This document shows positions 24,961 through 37,162 of a stretch of DNA of 64,000 nt, one piece after another (the stretch's first letter is position 1; the number at the start of each line of letters is the position of its first letter). The notes under the pieces were generated by a model that worked only from the letters and a program-made list of their open reading frames with translations, made no database searches and was not told the origin of the DNA. Source of the stretch: Bilabrum cf. latius (taxonomy: Eukaryota); assembly GCA_965178125.1 (NCBI GenBank), contig OZ237770.1, positions 62,001 through 126,000 on the forward strand, written 5' to 3'. Position numbers and translations under genes: made by a program.

Positions 24961-27900
24961 TCAGGTCCCTTCGTCCACCTCCCTTTCGATCCTGCAACGG
25001 CTGCACCCGAGTGAGAACTTCTCCTTTGACCCATTAGGAGGGTGGTCCACACCAAGAGGACACGCATGCGCCCCTTTACACTGCTTGAAGTAGCTCTCCG
25101 GCTTATTTGTCAGGTAGTCGCTACGGACCTAGCGCGTGTGACAGGGTTCGCAGAAGTAGGTCCGGCCCCAGCAGAACCAGACTGCCGGAGTGCAGCAGAA
25201 CATGCACTTCATCTGCATGTCGTCGGGGCCGTGCTTGGGGCAGGAACGGAGGCCCACAGAAGGGCCCATGCAGGTGGGACACAAGAGCTGGTTATCTCGG
25301 TCCACGGCCCCTCTGCCCCCTTCCTCTCCTCCCTGCGGCACATCATCGTTGCCCTAGTCCTCCTAGTCATCCAGAGCGTTCCCACACTGCGCCGCCCCTC
25401 CGAAAAACGGCCTGTCGCACTCGCTGCAGCTATAGTACGCAAGCTTGGCCAGGGCGTGCTCGGCCTGCTTGCCGTGAAACCGCCCCCCTTTCAGCGCTTC
25501 CGGGGCGTATTTGAGGTGCTGGTCCCATCGCTCCAGTCCGTTTCCTCGCACGTGCTGGAACAGGGCCCAGCGTTTCTTTGCGACCTGTGAGATTAGACCA
25601 ACCGGGCTGTGAGCGGTGGTGGAAGCTAGGGAGGCATAGCTGCCTGTGCACCCGGCCTCGTGGCAATCGAGGTACCTGAACGTGAGACGGTGGCCTGCCT
25701 GTCCCACTAGCAATCTCTTTAGAGCGCAGCGCGCGTGAACCACGTGTCCGCAGTTGAGAGTCACGCACGGCGCATTTGCCAGCGACTCGGTGAAGCACAG
25801 CTTGCAGTACTCTTCGCCTTCCTCTAGTCTATCTGGTGGCGGTGCATCAAGCTCCTCGCCCCATGCGACAACGTTGGGGTCGATGGAGGCGTGCTCATCC
25901 GACTCAACTCTCTCTCCCGATGCGGCTTCCGAAGAGGATGAAGAGGAAGAGGAAGCCTTCCCGATGCTTCCCTTCGGAAACACGAGTCGAGGCAGATGCG
26001 ATTGGCTGCCACTTGTCCCACTCGACTCCCCTGCACCGCTCGCAGGACCGTCTTCTTTGCCCTCGCTGGACTCGCGCCTGCCTCGCTCCTGCTTCCTCCC
26101 CGACACGCAGTCCTCCGCCAGACACGGCGGGCATCCACCGGTGGAGTGGCAGCCCAGCGTGCCGAAGCACCGGTGCCCGCAAGGTAGCACCTCCACACAG
26201 GAATGCGTCGCCTTCCGCTGGCAGTCGCGCTCGCAGCAGGCATCCGAGAAGGGTGCCGGCGGGACGGGCATATCGAATGCAAGGGCTTCTTTGGCCGTCC
26301 TGAGCAGCTCCTGATCCTCTTCCTCCCCGTCACTGTTCTTGCCTTTTTTGCCAGACTTGCCGTGGCTCAGCACCTGCAAGTCATCGTCGTCATCGCCGCT
26401 CTCCATTGCGCTGCTTCCTGCTGCACCCTTGCCATTCTCCTTGCCGTATGCCTCCGCCCAGGATGCAGCTACAGGATCCACTGGTGCATTGCCGGGCTGA
26501 TTGGCGAATGCCCCGACCCGGCGTGCGAGGAGCCCGAGCTCGAAACCCGGGCGGCCCCACAGGCTGTGCTCCATTTCCTCGGCCTCGTCCTCGTCCTGGT
26601 ATAGGCCCCATCGCAGCATGCTGGCAGGCCACTCTCCGATCCTGAAGGCACTCCCCGACCGGTACTTTGGATCCTTTTCCAGACGTTTCTCAAGGCCCAC
26701 CATCTGCTGTGCCTCAAGCACAGTGTCCTGCAGCGCGAAACCCCTGTCCAGCTCCGCGCGCATCGAGGCTGCCCTCTGCTTATCCTTGAGAAGCTTCTGC
26801 TGGTGGATCTGGCGGTTGGACCAAGAGGCCGACTTGCGCTTTGGCTTGCGACCAGCCCCCATCGCCGATGGCTACGATACCATCATCAAGTTGCCAGTAG
26901 CGTTGGTCTTGAAGAGGTGAGGCAGCTCCAGATCCTGCCGCCTTGCAGTGCTGACGGCGTAATCCACGGGTGGAAAGCCCATGGCAGCGCCGGACCCAGA
27001 GCCAGGGTCACTCGCCGCTGCATCGCTGTGCATGTCATCCCTCTCGTCTATGTCTCCATCCTCCTTAGATTCCCCTGCTCCGGCGCCTTCCCCTCGCTAT
27101 CCCTTGCCCTGGCCCTGGCCCTGGCCCTGGCTATGCTTCCCTTGCTGGTAAGCTGCCCTGGACTCTTTGTGCGCCTGTAGCAGGAGCGAAGACATCCGAT
27201 CCGCCACGAAAAGCCGTGCCGCAGTGACATCAGGGGCAGCCGAGTCACCATCGCAGTACCTGCAGGTGGCCTCCTCTCCCGCCAGCAGCCTCGCTTCTCG
27301 GTGTGCGACCGCTTCGCACGTCTTACCGAGGTGGTAGGGAGTGCGCCTGCACAGCACACAGTATGTCTTTTCGCAGCCGCGACAACGCACCCGATATCGA
27401 TCTCGGTGCTCCTTTGCTTCAGCCGTCAGTAATTGCCCGTTCTCATCGCGATCGAGATGTCCCCCGGCCGCCCCACCCGCACCCACCTGCGACGTGTCGA
27501 TGATAACGATCTCCCCGCAGCCTGCCGTGGGACACACGCCCAGCTTCTCGCCGGGCCCTAGCGCAGCTTCAAGCGCGCTCGTGTCGATCGAATCGGAGGC
27601 TCCAAATGCACCGCCAATCGCTGCACCACCGTTCGATGCACTCGTCGCCCGGCCCGCAGCCATCGCCTCCCAATCGATCCCACCCACTGGCTCGAGCTCG
27701 CCTTCACTCCCTTCTTCGTCATCGGCCTCGTCTTCGTCATTATCATCATCTTGCATTCCCACGTGGCCGCTGGAAGATGAGGCGGCTCTGTTGCTCCTAT
27801 GCTTGCCTGCTGCGAGCTGCCCCAGCTGCACGAGTGGGCACGCCGCCCTCCCGTTTTCGCCTAGCCACAGCCTGGCTGCCTCCAGCGAGGCCCTGTCCTC

Positions 27901-29982
27901 ATCAGGAAGCAGCCTCCTGAGCACGCCCTCCGTCAAGGAGCTGCACCTGTCCGTCGAGCTGAATACTTCGTGCACGCCCGCGGGAAAACCGCCCTACTGA
28001 CCTCCGCTCGCACTCGCCGACTGGCCGCCTCTTCGCCTGGTCCAGTCCTCGTGCATGAGCCTGGTCGCGGCCCACGAGCAGCAGGGGCACGGCACTGCAA
28101 GGTCGCTCTGCATACCGATGATCCGCCTGGCCCGCTCTCCTGAGACCCAACCCATGGGTTCCGGACCAGCGAGGGATGCACCACCTGAGGCACCACCCGA
28201 TGCACCACCGTATGCCGCAGATGCTGCCGAAGAAGACTGCGAGGAAGACGACGAGGACGAGGAGGCCGCATGCGAGACTCCCTCACCGTCACCCCCTGGT
28301 CTGCCCATGCCAGGGAGCAGTGGATTTGCGCCCGCATCGCCGCTACCATGCCCCCCTTGCCCCTCTTGTTCCTCCTCGCCCTCCTCCGCTCGCTGCTTAC
28401 CCAGCTCCAGCTCCTGCCGCACCCAGGTTGGACCCACGATATTCCCATTCGCCGCGAATCCGCATCCCTCCATCCCAGCATCCCGAAGCAGCCACCTGAT
28501 CTCATCGAGCGCGCAATGGGAGCACACGTTGTGCCCACAGCTGCAGGCCTGCACCTTCCTTCCCTTTGGACCCCCCATGTCCTCGCCGAGCACCCCGCAC
28601 CCGCCGCACTGCACCATCCGCAGAGCCATCTCCTCGTCTGATAGCTGGCGTGAAGAACCCGCTGAATCTGCTGCTTGCTCCTCCGAATGGGCCGGTGGTT
28701 TGATAACATCTGGGCTGTCAGCTGCGACCGGTGGTTGCCTGCCTGCACTGCCCTGATCCTGCGATGCACCCGGGCTCTGGCTGGCTGCGGTGCTCGGTGC
28801 ACTACCGCCCGCGGCGTCTATTTCGGAGTCACTCTGCATCGGAGAAACGCTGCTGCTAGGCAGTAATGGTATTCCACTGCCAGCCCTAGCCTGCTGCTGG
28901 CCTGCCAGTGCCTGCCTTCGACGCTTGCGGCCAACGAATTGCAGAGGCATGTCTAACTCTGCTCCTGCTTCCATCCCGGAGGCATCCTCGCTGTCGCTGC
29001 AATGCAGGTCCTCAACCCCGTTATCTTCGCCGCTCGCCCCTTGCAGCAGAATGTTAGAATCGGACTAAGGTTGCCACTTCCTGCCGCGACTGCTCCTGAC
29101 CACATCCCCCTTGGAGGCGTCGGACCTTTCAGAATCACTCGCACGGTGAGAGTTTTGGCCTCGTCCAGCGCCTTGCTACTTGCTAGCGATTCTTTCCTTG
29201 CGGCGGCGTTTCTTTGGGGATGGTACGTCCTCGCTATCGCTGCCTGCAGATACGACTCCTCCGTCACGTTGCTTGCTTTCAGGCGCATTGCCTCCCTTGC
29301 GTGACTTTCTAGCCGAACTTCCACCTTGAGATATCTCCTTCGATTGTGCAAGATCTGGGTCACTAATGCTTCTTTGCAACGCCTTTTTTACGTCGTCGGC
29401 AGCAGAGCCGCCAACTTGCTCGCTCATTGATAACCGGAAAGCCCGCTTCATTTGCTCCTCAAAACTGTCGGCAGCACCACCATTCAGTTGATCGTTCATT
29501 CCAACTACTTCCGGCTCATCCATGCTGTCGTCGGGCGCACCTTCGCTGTCGGATGATATGTCAATGACTTGAGAGCCATGTGCACCGCTGGCACCAGCAG
29601 GCTTTGCTGCCGAACTCGAGCTGATTCCCGCGCTTGATGGGGGCAAAATATTACCATTACTTGAAGCATCGCTTGCAGGCGACCGCTGACCGTGCTCACC
29701 ACGCCCCGGTGAGTCCGCTCGACTACTCGATTCAAAAGAGACGCTGCTACTATCAAGGTTCACCCCCACAGCTCGATGCGCCTACTTGTCTCTCACCAAC
29801 GAGACATTTTTAACCTTACCTTGGGGATTTTCAAATTGAATTGCCTTTCGAACGCTGGATTCTGCGCTTTGATCCGGAGGAGCATCATCACCTCTGTGTG
29901 GTTTCGGTGCGCCTGGAGCTTTGCCCTTGACGCTTGATGCAATCCTAGCTCGCCGCAGATCACGTAATACTGATTCATCCAT
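24961..29982 (-). CDS. E3 ubiquitin ligase: UIM-like motifs, IBR-like domain and MYCBP2/Highwire-type RING plus tandem-cysteine C-terminus (about 1,670 aa)
   Basis: CKLCFTESLANAPCVTLNCGHVVH, LAYYSCSECDRPFFGGAAQC, CPKHG..KCMFCCTPAVWFCWGRTYFCEPCH and CPLGVDHPPNG..FSLGCSRC. Nine in-frame TAGs; stop TGA. Confidence 0.88.
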
Positions 29983-30100
29983 GTTTGGAGGATATACTCA
30001 AACCAAGCCTTTTGTGAAATCAATTAGAATCTACGACGCTGTTTTGCCCGCGCATCTCTCGGTTCCGCTGCACCTCTGCGGCGCGGCGCAAATTCACTTA

Positions 30101-33100
30101 TCAGTCATTTGCCTGACTGGCCTTCCTCTGGCTATACCAGTGCCTAAGCCACATCGCATTGTGCACGCACGTCTCCGAGTACGTGCACGGCGTGAACAGC
30201 CCGTGCGAGTCATCGGGGTACCAAATCAGGCGGGAAGGCACCCCTCGAGCCGCGAGGGCCCTGTGCATGAGCCGGGACTGGGCCGGGGGAACACGCAGGT
30301 CGGAGCCTCCGGCCATCAGCAGGTAGGGCGCCGCAATGCGATGCACCCTGGCGATAGGCGAGGCGCGCTGCATGGCGGCGAACTCTCTGGCCGTCAGGCC
30401 GCCAACCGCACCCTCCCGGCGCGCCAGCAGTCCCTTGTCTTCATCTTCGGAATCCGAGCCGGTGCCATCGGCACCCTTGGCGGATCCAGCAGCAGTGGTG
30501 GCGGATGGTCCGGTCCCAACCTATCCCGGCTCGCCGCTGGGAGCAGTCGTTTTGATCCGATCCCTGGCCATGGCCATGCTCCCGATGGCCTCGGCGAAGC
30601 ACCAGTCCGGAATATCCGTTGTTCCGACCATGCTGGCGATATCCGTGACGGGGTTCCGGCTTGCCCCGCAGCGGAACATGCGCGGCGCCGCGGCGAGCAG
30701 GTGCCCCGTGAGGTACCCCCCGTGGCTGCCCCCCCGCACGGCCAGCGTCCCCCCGTCCACCAGAGGCACCTCCAGCTTCAGCACCCGCTAGAGGGAGGCA
30801 AGGCAGTCGCTGACGTCAAGCGAGCCAGCGCGGCCTGGAAGCGACTCCAGGGCCTGTGCCGACTGCCCCACCGATCCCCTGAAGTTGGGAAGCAGGATCG
30901 CGTGTCCGCACAGGTACTGATGAGCCACCCCCGTGAAGAAGCCGCTGGGGCACGAGGCGTGGGGCCCGCCGTGGGGGTACAGCAATAGCGGGGGGAGCGA
31001 ACGTTCGCTGGGTTCCGATGGTGCCTCACTCGCGGCTGCGTCTGAGGGGCCGGACCTGCCGATGGTCTTGGAGCCCGACTCACTGGCATCCTCTTGTTCC
31101 CTGGCATCCTCTTGTTCCCTAGGATCCATTTCTTTCGGGAGGCACGCAGGTGGCAGCACCAGAATGCTGGGGAACACGTCAGGGTGCAGCGCATGGTGGC
31201 GCACGGTGCCGGCACGCTCTCCCGGCGCCCCGGCCGTCTCCGCGTCGGCCGCCGCCACGTCAGCGTCGGAGAAATCGGCCCCTCGGCGCTAGCCGGGCAG
31301 CAGCGGCGCCACCACGGAACACCCTTCGGGAATCACCTCCCGGATCCGGCGCCGCGCATCTTTAGCGGAACCTTCGCTCCCCTTCCCCACGCCGTGTCCC
31401 ATGGTCCACACGACGGCCCAGTGGGTCCGGGCCACGGCCTCGATGGGGTCCTTCACGGGGTCGGTGGAATTGCGCGGCGCCGCTGGTTCGGTTCCGCTAC
31501 CGGGAACCCTGTCCTAGTGGCGCGCGGCGAGTCGGTTCCGCAGGAGGGTGGACAGGACACCGGTGCGCCTCGTGGGCTGCGGAACCAGCGGCCCCGGCGC
31601 CGCGACGATCCGAAGGTCAGCGGCTCCCGCCGCCCCCTCCCCCATTGTTCCCTGAAACGACGCAGTCAGAACCACTGCCCTCGTTCTCTACGGAGAGGCG
31701 AAGGTAGATCCTTCAAGCATCAGCACCCCAGTCGTGGCCCGCGCGGCGCCTTCAGATGCCCCCGGTTCCGCAGCCCCTGCGTCGCCGGGTTCAGCACCTG
31801 TCCCCAAATGCACGGCTACAGTGCCTTCTCCTCCTTCCCCCGCATCCTTGTTCCCTGGCGCCCCCCTGGGCGCGGGGAAGGCTCCCAGCACCGTGAGGTC
31901 GCACGCACCGGCCGCGTCCACGCTGGACAGTCCACCGGTGGATTGAAGCGTCGCTAGCGCGCGTAGGACCCGTTGTTCCCTGGCCTCCATACCGCCTTTG
32001 CCCTGCCGGGGAGACTCATCATTTGTAGTCCCGGAGTCACCGTCGCCGGTGCCAGCGCCAGCCACAGCCACCTCGGGCTGATCGCCATCTTCTGCGTCTT
32101 CGTCTTCCTCTTCTTCTTGTTCTTGTTCTTCGCGTTCTGCCTCGAGCACGCGAGCCAGTGAACCCTCTCCGCTGCAGGGGTGGCACTCCCCTCCCAGCAC
32201 CCTGGTTGCAACCGCGAGCGGCGGTCCACCGGTGGATTCCGGCGGCTGGAAGGCGACCACCAGTGGCACCAAGCTGGTCCAGCCCTCTGCCGTCAGCGCC
32301 AGCACTAGCGGGCCCGTTTGATCCGATCCGTCCGATCCACCGGTGGATTTCGCCGGTTTCGAATGCCTCGATCTGGATGGCCCCGACAGCCAGCAATTGC
32401 GCGGCAGCACCTCGCAGCTCAGTGCCTGCACTCCCATGCGGCGGAGTGCCTCCTCGCCCTCGAGGGTCGCCGACACACCGGAACTACCGACAGTAGGGAC
32501 CTTCACTCCCCGGAGGAGACCCTCCTGGTAGATCCCGACGGCCGAGGGGACCGCTGATCGACGAATGTTCGCTGGCGAACCCTCCACAATGGCTTGCTTG
32601 CGGTCGTTTGATTCGCATGCAATGCTGTGAAGAGCCCTTGCTGCGCTCTCATCCTCTTTGTCATTGCTGGGTCGGAGCAGTCTAACCAGCCCTTCTGACC
32701 CGCCTGCGTCCCCTGTTCCCTCGAGCGGACCCCTCGAAGGGACCCAGGGCCAGAGTTCCCTCTCGCCTGGGACGCGGATGGCGGACCACGCGGGTGCATC
32801 GAACTGCAGCGCGCGGCGGGGGCCTGCCACTCGGCTCGGCCACACTGCGTCGGCCGGTGCACCGGCACAGGCAGGCACCGCTGGCTCCATCTCTGCCTCT
32901 GCCTCCGGCTGCGCCCCATCGCCGTCCCTCCCCTCACTCGGCACGGCCTCGTCCTCGTCCCTTTGGTCCTGCTTCGACTCGCTCGCTCCTGCTGCGCCTG
33001 CTGCTGATCCGATCTTGTTCCCCGATCCGATCGCCCCCGCCATGGAGTCGAGTCCCCTCAGGGTGGCACCCCAGTCCAGCACTCTCAGGGAACAAGGGCC

Positions 33101-35014
33101 GTTGTGGGGGCCCTGCACGCGGGCCAGGGCGCGACGCCGCGCATCCAGGGTGGCTGTATCGACCTCTGCCAGGGAACAAGGGAGAACGTCACTGGTGTCA
33201 GCGCCACGAGGCCGCAGCAGTCCGATGCCCGCCTGCAGGAAAGCGACGTATTTGCCGCACGGGGAGGGCCTGGGGCTCCTGCTGATCACATCAAAGGGCG
33301 ACAGCACCACGGCGAGGCCCCGCGCACTCATCACACGGTAGGCCACCGCGCCGGCCTCACCCTCACCGTGACCACTCGTCACACCTCGATCAATCGTCAC
33401 ACCCTCCCCGAAGCTGGGCATCGGCACTGCCACAAGGGAGCAGGGTCGGTTGTGGCAGGCCCGCAGCCCCAGCCTCTGGCCCCGCCCCCCATTGCCCTCT
33501 CCGCCGTGGGTCCAGCCATACCCGTAGTCAGCGTCGCTCGGCTGCCTTGTTCCCAGCGCACCGCCACTGCCGTGCGATGCACCCGAGACTCCTGGTCCCC
33601 CGTATCCCAGCAGCCCGTACGCATCCAGCAGCACCCATTTCCCGCATGGACTGACTGCGGGGCGAACCGCACTCATCACATCGGACTGCGGGCATGGTGC
33701 TCCTCCGGACTACGCCCCCGATTTCCGCTCCGGATCCCCTCCGCCGGCCCCCGCATCGACCACCCCCCAAAGCCCCGGAGCCGCCACAGCCCGAGTCTCG
33801 CCCGAGAGCAGATCCAGGCAAAACACGCCCAGCCGGCAGGTGTCGCTCATTACCTCGCCCCAGGAGGCCTCGTCTTCCTAGCGGAACGTTCGTCCAGCTT
33901 CGCCGTAGGACTCGGAGCCGGTATTGCCGGTGGCGTCGGGCTTCCGCGGCTCTGCCGAGGTTCCGTCCTCCTTGCCCTTGCCTTCACTCGTCACACGACT
34001 GCTGGTCCAGATCCCCTCTCCATCGGGGGCTTCTTCGAGAAGGTCTACCGGCCCCGCTGCCTTGCCCGACAGCGCTGCGTGAGGCACGGAATAGCTCCGA
34101 TCGTTCAGGAGGGCCGCGGACCTTCGCGCCACTCCGGGCTCGAAACCCGCTACAGACAGCGACCCTGACGCCTGGGGAACATCACTCGTCATACCCCCGC
34201 TCGTCGAGTTCTGCTCGCAGAGCTCCCGCTGCGCCTCAGCCACGTACACGAGACGAGGACTCGACTCGTCCGGGTGCCAGCACAGCCCACCATAAATGCC
34301 CCCGCACACCACACTGCCGTGAAGTTTTGCACGTTTTGCAGCGGGCAATTCTCTTGACTGTGATTGGCTGGCCTTTCCTGTTGGCCGTGATGTTGCGCCG
34401 CTGCTCCCTTCTCTGCTCGTGCTCGTGGCATCGGTGGCGACGGTCTCTTCACCCGCGGGTGCTGCCACGCCCAACTTTTCATCTGAATCCGGGCAAACGA
34501 TGCTGGCCCATCCCATTTCAACCTCGCAGCACGGAGCAGCTGCCCCGCGCTCCCACAGCTGCGCCACGAACGTTGAGGCGCTGCTCCCCGAGCTGCTCGA
34601 ATCTGCCCCTGCCTTGCCAGAGCGCTTCCTGACCACTGCAAGCAAGTCACTGCTTGGTGATGGCAGAAATCCAGCGATATCGGCCCCCCAATCGGCTGCA
34701 AAGCCTCCCATAGGACTCTTCGACGTGGGCACAAACTTGGGTTGGTGAGATAGGACCTCTGGTTCCAACATGGCGTCAAACTCCCCGGGATGGGGTCGGA
34801 GAGATAGCCTACTAGACTGCACAGACTACACTGTAGTACCACGCTTTCGCCTGGAATCCCGCCAAGCATATCTCAAGACGAAATCCATATCGTTCGTCCC
34901 AGGCCTCGTTTGAATACTGTGAACGCTAGCGACTCGCGGGGGTAGACTTCGCTCCATTGCACGATAGAGCTTGGCTTCAAAACTTTTGGATACTCGTTGA
35001 TCGTTACTCGCCAT
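30101..35014 (-). CDS. S9 family acylaminoacyl-peptidase (APEH-like) with long insertions (about 1,640 aa)
   Basis: LLLYPHGGPH, NFRGSVG, GGSHGGYL (Ser), GGSDLRVPPAQS (Asp) and YPDDSHGL (His). Eight in-frame TAGs; ends TGA followed directly by TAA. Confidence 0.92.
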
Positions 35015-35076
35015 TGCCAGATCTTCTTGTGTGCGGTCGATGGATTTCGAACGAAAGTTCGTGGAATCAACGATTG

Positions 35077-36535
35077 TTGGTAATTCGAAGCGAAGGTTCG
35101 CGAAGATAGAGGGTTCTAAACGGAACTACGGCCGTTGATGCTCAGCTCAGTTGTGAGCAGAGCTATAGAGACGTACTTTGTTTCACAGTCTTTATATATA
35201 ATTCGTTAAGAAATTTAAAGTTGAATATGGAAGGTTTAGTAGCAGAAGTGCGTAGCGCTGGCCTGCAGGCTTTGCGGGACGCAGATGCGGCTACTCGCGA
35301 GTCAATCAATCAAGCCGTGAAAAGCGAGCAAATGGCCCCGCTCTTCGCGACAGACCCGTGCAATGCGCTTGTGCACTATTCCAGTACCAATATGGCGGAA
35401 GAGGCAGCGAAACACCTCGCCGCAACAGCACTCGCAGCCCTTGGTACGGCTGCGCGCGACCAACTAGCCCCGATTTTTAGGTCGTTCTTCGACAGTGGCA
35501 CGTCAAACTACGCCTCAGCGCGCATGACTTGGTGGCTTGCCTTCGGTTTTGCGGGAATGCTTCGTTCGCCTGAGAACGTCGACGTCTTCAGCGTGTGGAC
35601 GGATGATGGTCTCCCGAGCCCCGCAGGCGCGGATTCGCCAGCACAAGAGTGCTTGGCATCGCTGTACGCTTCAGACCTGTACTCCAACTTGTTTGTACCT
35701 GACATTCCGAGCGGTCTTACAGCAAAATATCGGGCTGGACTCTTACAGCTGTCGCTGACGGCGCCGTCCGCGATCGAGGCGGCGACACTTGCAGCGGCGC
35801 AGACGTCCATTTTCAACCCGGCTCCCCACCAAGGCGAGCCAGCTCCGGCGGCTCCAGGCATACCGAACTTGCCTCAAGCAGATGCCGCAGCGGGTGGGGT
35901 CGGTCAACCCCCGGCAGGGATCGAGAACGTCGCCCCAGCGGCGGTGGCTGCGGCGGGAGTTGCCGGCGACCAACCTCAGGCGGCAGCACAACAGGGACCA
36001 GGGGAAGATCAGGCTCCGGAAGGGGCAGCAGCAGAAGATGCTGGCGACCCACCGCCCCCCCCCGCCTGCATCGGGTGCGGGCATGAGCGCCGACGAGTTG
36101 ATGCCGGACTCCCCGGCTGGCAGCCCTCTCGGCTCCGAGTAGCAAAGGGCATCTCTACTCCATTTCCTATAGGTTCACTTGTAGGCTATTACGCAAGGCG
36201 ACCTCCAGACAGATCAAGTCGCCGACATTGCCACCGAACTCGGCCTGTTCAAGGGTCTGGGTACTATGGGCACCAACAGCACCGCGACTACGGTGATCTT
36301 GCTGTTGCGTCCATTGCTTCAGCACTGTGGTCACGAAGGCTCAGTGGACTTTTTCAGCGAAGCCCTACATCGGGTCGGAGACCATGTACGCAAGAGGCAC
36401 AAGCTGCGCGAGGCCTGCATCTCAGCGGGTTTCCTCGCGGCGTTCAATGAAGATAAAAACCGAAATGCCACGCCTAGTTTAGGCCCCCTAGTAGTCAACT
36501 TAGCCCCCCGAAGCATCGCACCTAGTCTCGTATGA
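35077..36535 (+). mobile_element. Left end of a second Ngaro-like copy: repeat A1 plus putative ORF1 (35227-36450 or, with a frameshift, to 36535); no RT seen
   Basis: 108-bp identity to 2079-2186, followed directly by a long ORF. A shift at the C9 run 36055-36063 leads into a TAG-containing frame ending at TGA 36535. The gag/ORF1 role is inferred from position only. Confidence 0.6.
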
Positions 36536-37162
36536 ATGCCTCACGTTGGAACTGTGCGTTTGGCAGCATCATCGCGTCAGCTAGCTCGAGTGTCACGGAG
36601 TGCGGCGTAGTACGTGGTGTAGCACCCATCTGCCACGTCTGATTCCACTGGCACTGGTTCGGCAAATACGCCCATCTTCAATTTGGACTAGTGCATCAGG
36701 GTGCAAAAGTAGATGGCAGAAGTTCTGGATATGACCGGCAATAACCAGGAAGAGGAGCTTGCCGTTCGTTCCAACCACCACCACCTCTTCATGAATGTTC
36801 GCGTGAGAATGGGTGGCGGCTTGGTGAAAGGAGAAACCGAGCGACAGCGGTGGCCAATTTGGCTGGGTGGGGATGGTGGCTGATCCGGAGCATCCGGATA
36901 CGATCAGGCCAGAGAGGGAGGGGCCGCACGAGGCAGTCCATGGCCCATTTGATTGGCTTGCTGGTGGTGCAAGCAGTGAGGTGATGTGATGTCCATACCA
37001 GCAAGAAATGCGTGCTTAACCGAATTCGTGGGCCTACATGGATTCATCCCAATAAGGTTATAAATTGGCAGTGCCCGTTGTCCTTGCTGTCAGCCGACCA
37101 TGCCATCCCAAAGAGCGACAGCTTCGAATAATCACGTGGTATCGATCGCCCGTCAAGTGGAC

